Part shown: positions 1 to 10,200 of the stretch, in pieces
Position numbering within the stretch: position 1 is the first letter of the stretch
Layout of the letters: the number at the start of each line of letters is the position of its first letter
Source: Takakia lepidozioides
Taxonomy: Eukaryota > Plantae > Bryophyta
Assembly (NCBI GenBank): GCA_030704615.1
Contig: CM060732.1
Span: 49,228,001 to 49,292,000 of the forward strand
Reading direction: 5' to 3'
Length of the DNA: 64,000 nt
Made by a program: the position numbers and the translations under genes
The notes under the pieces: model-generated
The model's database searches: none
What the model was told of the DNA's origin: nothing
Seen by the model: only the letters and a program-made list of their open reading frames with translations

Positions 1-321
1 CAGAATCCACATTACTGTAATCAGGCATACAGCGTGAAACATATCATACTCCCGCTCTCCCCTTCCCTGCCTTGTTTCTCCTGAAACAAAGTAGAAACGT
101 TGTGACCCAAGCAAATCACACGCCCCTCCCACACTTCCATCTCTCCCCTGTCCGATCCTTCAACGCAGACGCATGCTACAAAGCCCGAATTCACAGTGAG
201 ATGGAGATGGCAAGTCAATGATGTGGCCTTCTGGGACTATTGCAGCACTACGGCGTGGCCGATTACCTTCCGCTTCGCCGCATCATGAACCGCGCACGTA
301 GAGACACTTAGGGCTACAGCC

Positions 322-510
322 CAGGGGTGGAACCGGAACCGGAACCGGAACCCTAAGCCCCAAACCCGGTTCCCACACATGTGGTCGTAGCTGGAACCGC
401 CGGTTCCGGTTCCCACACAATCTTGGATTTCCGGTTCCGGTCCGGTTCCACATAACCGGAACCGGAACCGGCGGTTACCCGGGGCCCAGGCGGGTAACCG
501 CCCAACACTG
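322..510. mobile_element. hAT-like MITE with GGAACC/GGTTCC subterminal repeats
   Basis: Starts CAGGGGTGG and ends CCAACACTG (imperfect TIR, CAG-type ends typical of hAT). Filled with GGAACC repeats in both orientations. No clean 8-bp TSD. Confidence 0.5.
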
Positions 511-610
511 CTCATAACCTCGCCTGCATCAATCATCTCCATCACATCTATCATATTTGCACTATGAAACATCTACCCTCTCTGGCAAGGGCTAGGCGCT
601 TGCAGACTTA

Positions 611-1069
611 GAGCATCCCCACCCTTCTCACTGAAATGGCCCCTCGAAATCTATTGTGAAGGGGTTGGTTCAGGACTCTGGAAAGGTGTGTGAAGGGGTC
701 GGCTGCTCGTAGCCACACCCTTGCCCCTCGTTACGCCCCTGCATCGTATGTTCTCGCCTTGCTTGTTCTCATATCACGGTGGGGACCCACCGCCTGCCTT
801 CAGTGCCGACGCATAGCAGCAGGATTGGAAGCGAGAGGCGTGGAGGTGCGCTCTGACATCTCCCTGGTTGGGACGACTCAGGTTCAGGGACAGGTTCAGG
901 GACTGAATATCGTGCACGGATATAGTGAAAGAGAGGCGGTTCAGTGCCCGGCCTGAACGGCGTATACGGTAGCGGGGCAAAGGTGTGGTATGTTTGGCTG
1001 CGATTTTGAACCTGTATACGAGAAGTACGGGGGTGCAGGGGTCCATACAGTCGTAGAGTGGGGATGCTC
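611..1069. mobile_element. Tourist-like (PIF/Harbinger) MITE, full length
   Basis: 12-bp TIRs GAGCATCCCCAC ... GTGGGGATGCTC, flanked by TTA/GTA. Partial copies at 24788-24942 and 33056-33325. Confidence 0.8.
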
Positions 1070-2033
1070 GTAGGGCATATTAGAGGACCCCAGATAACAG
1101 CAAGTAAGTAGAGTCAAGGCTTTCATGCCTTACATACCCCATCTTCAACGGATACCAAACCAATTCTGCACAAAATCTTACTCGAAAGTGTCGCGTCTCT
1201 CCCGATTTTCCTATTTCCCTGTGATCCATGCTCCATGAGCGCTGGAAGCTCAAATCTACAGGTAGGTAGCGTTTGTTTGGCAGCCATACCCGTCGCTTCA
1301 CACCCTGATGACACGCTTGACTATGTCACTTGGTGGTGGCCATGTGGAGATGAGTTTTGCCAAGAAATGCTTAGGGATGCTCCATCAACATGCAGGTTGA
1401 TGCAGGCCCTAATTGTGTAGGTCATGCTACCCTGTTCGTCTTTCCGCCACGCGACTCCTGAGCAACTTGCACCTGTCAGGCTTCCCGCTTATTTCTCCCA
1501 CAGAAACTTGGTGGTTTCCCCAAATGTGGCCACTGACTACATATGGTCAGATAGGTTTAGCCAAAAGAAAGTGTTTTGGCTATTCATGATTTAGAAAAGT
1601 TCGGAATGTGCCAAAAAATTGGTAGTCTCTCCACAGTTGGGCCTGGCTACTTTGCTGTTAGCAATGGTGGCTATTGGATGTCAAAATGCAATAGCCACCT
1701 AAAATTCACCTACTCCAGTGGAAACACATACCAAGGAGGCCCCATCATATGAGCATATTTAGAGGTGAGATTGTCCACATATGCCTGACTTGATCCGGGA
1801 ATGGATTCCATTCCCACTTTCCTGTGCTGTTTGGGAAAATTTCGGTCAATTATTTTGCCATACAAGATTTCAGGGTGACACCATTTGTTGATTCCACCAT
1901 TCCTCAACAATCAAATGTTATAATCTTGTACTGCAAGTAATAGAAGAGGCCCGGGAGTTGAATGCACAGGGGCGGTAAGCGTACGTGGCCCGCCGCCCAC
2001 CAGCTGCACCCCCCCTAGTCTGGCGCCTCAGAT

Positions 2034-3596
2034 CCGCGCGGTCACCGCGACGACGGCCATGTCGTGGTAGGCCCCACGCAGTCTAGAGTCCCTTTTTGTG
2101 TATAACTAACATTAAATTCAGATATGATCTAAGGTAGAAGCACGCAGCCCAGTGGTGCGATCGATCTTGCCTGAGAGCGGAAGTTTGCAGGGTCGAACTT
2201 GAACAGATCTGCAACTGAGGCTTTTTGCGCTGCTAGCCTTCAAAAACATTCTAAGTCCTGAGTCATGCCCATCTTCACGCATAGTCATACATATATGGAA
2301 ATACATGAGAAATATAGGGTTGTGGGCCCGGTCTCAGGTTGACATACTTTCAAATCTCATGTATGAAAATACATGAGAAATATATGGACATGCATGTTCC
2401 CTATAAGCTCCCAATCTTTGTAATTTTGCTACTTCAAAAAAATTGTAAGTCCCTGCGAATGTAGTTACATGGTGACAATACTTGGATGACCATCTTCGAA
2501 AATAGTCATATGGGAGAAAATGTATGAAAGGCATGAATACATAAGCTGTCTTCATGCACAAGTCTTGAATGGTATATATTAGAATTATGTATGACAAGTA
2601 TATCATACTTCAAACCATGTATTTCCATGCAATATCAATACTTTATCTCTATGCATAAAAATTGTGAACTCACGGGTTCAATTTACAATGGATGAGATGG
2701 TGACTATGAATCTTCATATCTATATACTAATATCATTCTTTTTATTTTCAATCGTTGCAAAGTCATACATGATTTGAATGCATTGTCATATCTATTAGCA
2801 TAGTCGCACATACATGATGTCATGTCTCATTCATGCACATTTCTTGTGGCATATGTATGACAATGCATCAAACTTGTCATGTACATTATTAAGACTATTT
2901 CTATGCATACAAGTCATGAGGTCATGGGTTCATATAACAATACATGAGAATGAGTATGAATCTTATTATCTCTACTAATAGGATTCTTTTATTCTTATTA
3001 CTTACAATAAAATTGCATGTGTCATATATGGAATACATGACATCTGGTATTATTTTCATGTAGTCACACATAAGAAATCCGTTGCATTGTCATACATACA
3101 TACAGACATACGATGTGACGTGTGTCCGTGCAAGACTTCTGTCGGAAGACAACTGATGTATTTCCATGCAATGACCATTTATTTCTCATGTACGACTATG
3201 CAAGATGAGCATTTAAACTTGGAACTTTTTTGAAGTTGCAAAATCAAACAAAAACTCTAGTATCATCTGACATCATACACTAATTGGTACCCGAACCTGA
3301 GACCCCACATGCATGACCATGTATTTCTCATGTATTTCCATACATGTATGACTATGTGTGAAGATGGGCATCAACTCAGGACTTAGAATTTTTTTGAAGT
3401 AGCAGCGCAAAAAGCTTCAGTTGCAGAATCGTCCAAATTCGACCCTGAGACCTCCGCATACAGGCAAGATCGATCACCACTGGGCTGCGTGCTTCTACAT
3501 TGAAACAGATCCGAGTTTAGTGTTAGTTATACAGAAAAAGGGACTCTAGACTGCGTAGGGTCTAACGACATGGGCGTCGTCGCGGTGACCGAGCGG
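2034..3596. mobile_element. Long-TIR foldback/MULE-like non-autonomous element
   Basis: About 310-bp inverted repeats (2034-2345 vs 3293-3596) enclose an AT-rich core with a diverged ~265-bp tandem duplication. No coding capacity, TSD not evident. Confidence 0.7.
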
Positions 3597-4044
3597 CTTG
3601 TAGATCCAACGGTGGATTTCGAATTTAGGTGGGCATTCAAGCCTGCGGTGGAAAGGACTGGTCCTGAACCTGCAAAGGGGTCTGGTTGAGAGGCCAATTT
3701 CCAGCAAACCTCATCGTCCTTTAAGGGTTAAGACATGCTCAACAAATCTACCAGTAATTTGGCCTAAAAGACCAAATCTCACACATGATCCAGGGAAATA
3801 AGTGCTACACACCATATTCCAATGACATGAAGACATTACACATTCTGATTGCTGAAGTGGCCCCTCCACCATTTCCCACTTAGTATAAGTATTCACAGAA
3901 GATTGTTCGGTAGTATCTATGATATAGGTTTTCCTCCAAATATCCATTGCTCGACGTACTGCATTGGTTTTTAAACCCTAGAAACAATGCTGGTAAAGGC
4001 TTCTTGTTTCCTCCCTCATATTCCATTCAGTGAATTAAGAGGCA

Positions 4045-4190
4045 TGTGAGAATTTCCCCTCCAACAGTCGAACAAAGAGATGCATGTAAGCATAACCTCA
4101 TGCCAATGGAGGGAGTCAACTGTGGCAACCGCGTATAGCATCATGCATTGCATCAGCCGCAAGCTGCCTTTTTAGGATGCCTTAGAATAC
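4045..4190 (-). ncRNA. Structured ncRNA module Y' (candidate H/ACA snoRNA), paralogue of 4730-4868
   Basis: Hairpin GGCAGC/GUUGCC, then ACAGUU, then a second hairpin. G-U pairs favour the minus strand. UAUACGC, 14 nt before ACA, is complementary to 18S GCGUAUA. Confidence 0.5.
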
Positions 4191-4418
4191 ATCATACTGT
4201 TAAATTACATCTAGTGCACTAATAACACGACACACACCTCCAACATACAAGAATTGCAAACAACAGTGAAGAGTAAGAGCTAGACACCTGCAGTATTTAT
4301 TATCGCACTAAGTAAAGGCAGATTCAAGTTCACATACATGGGCCCCCATTGAAGTCAACAGCATGGAAACAATGAAAGCAAAGTGGAGCCATTAGGAGTT
4401 AAGTGACAAATGTTCAGG

Positions 4419-4555
4419 AGATGTTGTGCAGTCTCGATGCTCTGCAAGCAGTTGTTGCAAAGACGTAGACAGAGAGACTGCACCGCACACTGTAGCGCCA
4501 GCTCATACAAAACTGGCACATACTGCTCCAGCTCGTAATCAGTATATTGGCGCAG
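4419..4555 (-). ncRNA. Box H/ACA-like snoRNA, predicted guide for an 18S rRNA pseudouridine (GGCUCAU-U-A-AAUCAGU)
   Basis: Hairpin (GCGCCA/UGGCGC), hinge ACAGUG, hairpin (perfect 10-bp GUGCAGUCUC/GAGACUGCAC), ACA plus 3 nt; about 137 nt. The 5' pocket ACUGAUU + AUGAGC is complementary to the conserved 18S GCUCAU(UA)AAUCAGU, 13-14 nt from the box. Confidence 0.72.
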
Positions 4556-4729
4556 ACCGCACAAACGGAGAGAACGCAGACACTTCACAAATGCAGACAC
4601 AACATCACTACAGATACACTTGCAAGGAGTAGTAGGAAACAACTTTTGCAGATCGACTGTACTTATTCGCATTGTTAACCCTCACAACAATGCTGTGTGC
4701 ACCTGTCCCACCAGTAACGTAAAAGAACT

Positions 4730-4868
4730 TCCGCTCCAACAGTCGAATAAAGAGATGCATGTACGCATAACCTCATGCCAATGAAGGGAGTCGACTGCGG
4801 CAACCGCGTATAAGCATCACGCATTGCATCAGCCGCAGGCAGCCTTTCATAGGATGCCTTTGAATACT
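4730..4868 (-). ncRNA. Structured ncRNA module Y (candidate H/ACA snoRNA)
   Basis: About 130-nt near-identical copy of 4059-4190 with unrelated flanks. Same hairpins, but the hinge is GCAGUC. Confidence 0.45.
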
Positions 4869-5541
4869 TAACAGTATTTAATGAAACAAATTCAACTGAG
4901 GATCAATTAGTAATGTTGACCCATTCTCATCCCCCAGTCCCAACAACGATCAATTCACGTAGAACTGGTTCCGCACACTATACCTGAGTCCACTGATGAA
5001 GACTGACTCTCACTTCCGACTCCGACAATTGCAGAAAACAGAGCCGGGTACCTCTCACATTTTCCATCGCCTTAACCAGAGCCAGATACCAATTTCCGAG
5101 ACTTGACCAGAAATATATGGGCCCTCATTGGAGTCGACACCATGGAAACGATGAACACTCAAGCAAGAACCACGACATTGTTGTTTGCACGAATAAAAGC
5201 TATGAGACCATTCCAGCACCCCAAAGAGGAGCTTAGGGTCTCCTAGCAGAACTGAGTGCATTGACTGGGAAAGCACAGATTTGGCTGTCCTAACAAAGCT
5301 AATATTTAGTCTGACAACACCCCAAGACAACCACAACATTTCCAAATGAAGGGAAAGGCATCTACTCCGAAGGCAACTCATAGCCTACTCTTCAATGCAT
5401 CCGCCAGATTTTAAACTCTAGAGGAACGAACTCAAATAGTAAAAAACAGCCACACCTACTCATCAAGGTTGAGACTGCATACTGCGACAGCTAATTGGCT
5501 AGGAAAGGATAGTTTTCAACCCCTGTACTCCACTCCCACGA

Positions 5542-5822
5542 AAATGTCGTTGAGATCGTTGAATATGTAGTGTGTCAACATCTCAAAGGCCATATCGGGT
5601 ACGTTGTTGGGAATGACAGACGGCTATTCATCTGTTTCCCTGCAAGGTCTTCCAGGACCAGCATTTTCGCTCCGAGCTTCCGCTCATGGTGAACCGGGTT
5701 CTGGTCGCAGAGGAAAACTGTCCTACTACATGATACTCAAACAGACGTGCAGAAGCAGATCGACGCTAAATACAGTATCAACGACCAAGCTCTCCACCAA
5801 AACAGAGATGAATCATCATGTC
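5542..5822 (-). ncRNA. Unassigned large multibranch structured RNA ending in ACA
   Basis: Nested stems AUUCAU/AUGAAU, CUGUUU/AAACAG, UGGUGGA/UUCACCA, UGGUCGU/GCGACCA and UGAUACU/AGUAUCA. GGAA tetraloop hairpin at 5673-5686. Terminal hairpin UUGAGAU.GUUGA/UCAAC.AUCUCAA, then ACA (5547-5545). Confidence 0.5.
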
Positions 5823-6007
5823 CACAAGACAAAAAAACACAGCACACAACTGTTGTATTGCAAGAGACTCATTACGTCGACCCCAGGAGGCGGAAAGCTC
5901 GAGATGATATCCCCATGGCAAGGAGAGATGCACACACGCCCACACACAAGTTGTACAAGGAATCGTAAGAAGAAGGCGCAGACTAGAAGGAAAACCAGGC
6001 CGACGGC

Positions 6008-6056
6008 TAGTTTATAGCACGAGTGGCTTTAAGATTTTAGGGTTAGGGTTAGGTTT
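6008..6056 (-). promoter_or_regulatory. TATA box plus telo-box-like promoter of the ncRNA cluster
   Basis: TATAAA at 6016-6011 with AACCCTAACCCTAA about 25 bp upstream, followed by a pyrimidine-rich leader. Telo-box plus TATA is typical of plant snoRNA and ribosomal-protein genes. Confidence 0.6.
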
Positions 6057-7275
6057 TAATCAATTCCAGTCAATGAAGTTTACCTTGTTGTGAAAGATGT
6101 AAAGAAGGTTCGGGATATTCCATATTTGCTGGGGTACGCCTCTCTACACTTCATACCAAATATTTGTCTCAGATTAGGTTAGGGATTTTGGGGGCTTATT
6201 AGTTTATACAAGACTGATAAAAGCTCAGCGGTAAACCATGGCAAACTTGCATATATTTCTATACCGCCTTGGCATGCCTGGCATGAATCCTGTCTCATTC
6301 CACGAGTTGGATACAGCAATTGCATGTAGATATTGTCTACTTATCTCTGGAGCAATGCAGATGTCTGGCCCATCTTCAAGCTGAAAATTCCCCGGCCATG
6401 GTTGCCCTGCAGCTGAAGGTTTGACAGTTCACTGTAATTGGGTTGAAATTTATGGTCAATGGGTTTGAGCAAGTCCATCCATTACCCTACATGTTCATGT
6501 CTTTTACAATGTCAAAGGCATATATACCCATGCCTTCAAGGTTTTCAGATGGCACTTTCCAAGCTTCTTAGCTACATAATTGTTATCTAACCCTCTCAGA
6601 ACACCTTACAATGTTAGCCAGTTGGGAAGTTGACATCTAGGTGTAACATATCTGCGGGCAGTTCTTGAGTTTTCAGAAGCTAGCAATCTATGGAGTATAT
6701 GAATTGAGAGCAATAGGTTTCTCGTGTTTTTCTGTCTTTTCAGATTATGTCAAACATTTCATAACCTATTCAAAATTACAACTGGGCAAGGCTTGCATGT
6801 ATTCCATGCTTCTGGTGTCCTATCTCATAGATTAGACCCACAAATCAAACACAGGACTATTTAGAAGTGTAGTCTAGTTCTATCTCTACAAGAAGCAGAC
6901 TGCTACCTGTTTGCTATAGTGAAGCTATCAATACACTAGAAGTGCTCTATGACTGTCCTCACCAATGATTGTAATCCTTACATCTACATCTTCCTTAACA
7001 CAATGTACAATACTCAGTGGGTGGTAAAACTGCACTGTGCGGACTGCTTGTGGAAGTTCCCTGTAACAGCAATCACGACTAAATAGCTGTACAAGTTTCA
7101 CAAGGAGCACATTTCCTGTACAACGTCTGGATCCCCTTGCTCTCCAACTTCAGAAGAAGTGAAAAATACCAAAAAAGTGGCTCAAAGATGCATTGGATTG
7201 AGCTGAATCAATTTATTGTAAAAATCCTTAGATGGGGGGCCTTCAATGGCTTGGAAACTCGTTGGATGACGGATA

Positions 7276-10200
7276 CTACTCGGATGTTGCAGACTTGTTG
7301 GCATCGGCGTTGTCAGACAAGAAAAGGATGCTAGGTGAGTCAATTTCTACAATGTGCTCCTCTCCATCTGAATCATCACTCGAATTATTAAACTGAGGAC
7401 TCATTTTCACAGGGGGGAAGGGCACCAGGGCTTGCCTGAGCACCCTTTCTGTGGGACTTCCTGGTCTATCCTGGTCAACATACACCGCTTCCGGTCCATA
7501 GGGTGACACAGACTGCTTTCCTACCTTTCTTTTCACCAAAACTGAGGAAGACTGACTGCGGGGCTTGGAGGGCCAGCTTGCCCTTCCATGTCTATCAACT
7601 TTCCAGCTCTTGCTCCTCGAGATGACCTGTTACAGCATCACAGCAATCTGGATTACTCTTTAACTCCCAGAGAAAGAAAGAAATGAAATGAAGTGATATT
7701 TTATAACGGCAGCAGAAAAACAAGAAACAAAAAAGAGAAATGAAATGAAATGAAATGAAATGGTGCTTTATAACGTCCGCGCTAAGCTCATAGAGCTTAT
7801 GGGACAAAATGGAAGAAAACATGAGAGAGGAAACAAAACCAGAGCCAAAAATCAAAATTATTGCTCGAGTGATTGTCTAAGGGTGAATGCCTCGTGCAGG
7901 TAAGCTGCCAAGCATTTCTAATCCTCATAGTGGAAGACTTCAGTGAGAGATTGGTTCGCGGAATAGACAGTGGACTCTCCCACGGATCTCATAGTATAGA
8001 GGGCAATAGAAGAAGAAGTGTTCTTCAGTTTCAATTTCCCGGTTGCGCCCTGTCCAAGCTGGACATAGGCGGTCTTCCCGTTGGCAGGTTTCCCCATCTG
8101 CCGGTCTCTATCCGTAGGTTGTGGGTGCCCACCCTGAACCGCCGCAATGCCCTCAGGAGAGGAGATAAAGATGCCGAAAGGTAATTGGGCCGCAAGATTC
8201 TATCATCTCGGAGAACCAAGAATGTTTCTCGATAGAAATGGAGCTTTGTCGTGAGATTGGGTAGCTTCCAAGTTTTCGTGACGTGTAGTTCCATAAGCTC
8301 CCTTCTAATGAGTCTGTTGCGGTCTTGCTTGGATGTGATGTCCACCCCTTCTGGGATTCACTGGTAATAGTGAAGCATTAGAGAGTCCATTGCGCTCAAA
8401 AAAACTGTCCACTCGAGCATACCAGGAGTGCTTGAAACCTGCAGTTTTGAGCCTAATGGACGTTTCGAAGGCTCTTGCCACGAGCCCCTTGTGGGGAAGC
8501 GCTTGTAACCTATGAAGAAAAAGTGTAAGCCGGAAGAGGGCCTCAGTTTGCAGTGGCACGCATGCAAACTCTGCACCTAGGATGTGAGATGGAGTTGTGC
8601 CTCTGGCGCCAAGCATTGCTTGGAGAAAAGATGACTGCAATGGTTCCAGATTCTTTTCCCACCAGGAAACTGGGATACCAGGTGCCCAGAATTCACAACC
8701 ATAAGAGCCAGAAGCAGAAGAGAAGAGGAAAAAGAGAGAAACACAAATTTTCATCTACTTAAACGCTCCTGCTCTGACCTTGGATAATAAATGAAATTAC
8801 CACTTCCCCACATCTAGACAACCCTTTCTACACTTTAACAGTTGGCTGCACCTACCAAGTTGGACAAACTAACTAACGGTTCATATGAGAGAATATCTAA
8901 TGCAAGCATCATGTACCAAAACAGAAAGTACCTTGCTACCAAAAAGGCTCAGCTCCATGGCCTTCGCTGCACATCTAGCTTCATGGCTCCGCAGCACATT
9001 GTCATTCCCCAAATCTTCCACACTGAACTTAATCTCCCCTTTAGCCTCACTTCTGTAGTCTCTCAAGCGTCGGGGCTTGGTGGGCCACCGCAAGAGACCG
9101 TCGTGCTCACGGCTAGAGCGCCGCGAGACTAGAAGGCTGAGAAGGGAGTGAGAGGCAGATCCCCGTGCATAGCCAAGATCAACAAAAAGAATTCGGGACC
9201 TCGCTTCCACATGGAAATTTGTGCACTGATGTAATAGACTGCTGCTTCTACTATCTGCAGTGGACAAACATAGAGGACTTCACTGCGCAATCCTCACAGT
9301 TAAGCACAAGAGTAACCAGAAAGCTACACACTTAACACCTCTTTACTGACCTGAGCATCTACAAAAAGGCCAAAACTAGCCTGCTGCATGCCAGTTGCAA
9401 CGAAGGCCCCCAGCCTTTTAAAATCTACTGGTGTGTTCAGTGTATTTTAAGTCTACACAAACTGAGTAGAAGTTACCCACTCTTGGTTCTCCTGATATCA
9501 TACAACTAAGTTATCCTAAGTATGGATGCTACCAGGTCCTGGTAGCATTCCAACCTGGACTCTCCTTATGGAAGAAGGCACTACACTGTGTGATAGACAG
9601 CTCTACAACCCCTATCAGATGACCAAGTAAAACACATAGATCCTCAAATCTTAAGTTTTCCAACCTCAACAACGTATGATGCAACCAAACCCACTTATTC
9701 TGGGATGGACAGACCATCTAAATGCATGACCAATCTCTGGAATAATTTCTGGTCAATATCATCTTCTCTGGCAGTCAATATTTTAGTGCGATTAACCAAC
9801 CAAACCAGCACATACCTGTTTGGGTCGAATGTGTCTGTCCATTCAAAAATGTCAGGCCAGCTGGTGCAGCAATCATATCATCGCTACCCTCTCGCTTGAC
9901 AAAGCCTTCAAGCAGAATGCCAACCTCCTTATAAAGCAGTTCAACCACCTCGCCGCGAAGGAAAGTCCGCATTGTGGAGCCTTCCATGATGAGAGCCCGT
10001 AACTCTTGCATGGTCACCACCTCAAAATGCTGTGGCAGTACGATCTTGGCCACCACCAGTGCACTTTCCTAAATAAGAAGTGCATTCCACATGTCAGTGA
10101 ATAGAAGACAATAGGGATCACCTTGCCAACTCAACGGGACACAAGCCTCAATGCATGATTCCAAACGAAGTGAGATGATATACCTGCCAGAAAAAATTCT

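Noticed and set aside
4426-4483. 3' pocket pairing with 5.8S UCGAUG-AAGA-ACGUAG
   Set aside because: The gap is 4 nt and contains no uridine, which does not fit pseudouridylation geometry.
4779-4795. miR159/319-like sequence (TGAAGGGAG)
   Set aside because: Only 9 nt match, not conserved in the paralogue, and no miRNA-type duplex.
4355-6017. ORFs 4355-4672, 5055-5381 and 5604-6017 as proteins
   Set aside because: No recognisable domains or splice structure; the sequence is better explained by RNA hairpins.
5542-6056. Telomerase RNA, RNase MRP, SRP or spliceosomal snRNA
   Set aside because: The telomere-like repeat lies upstream of the TATA box, not in the transcript. No USE element, MRP CR-I/CR-V motifs or Sm site were recognised.
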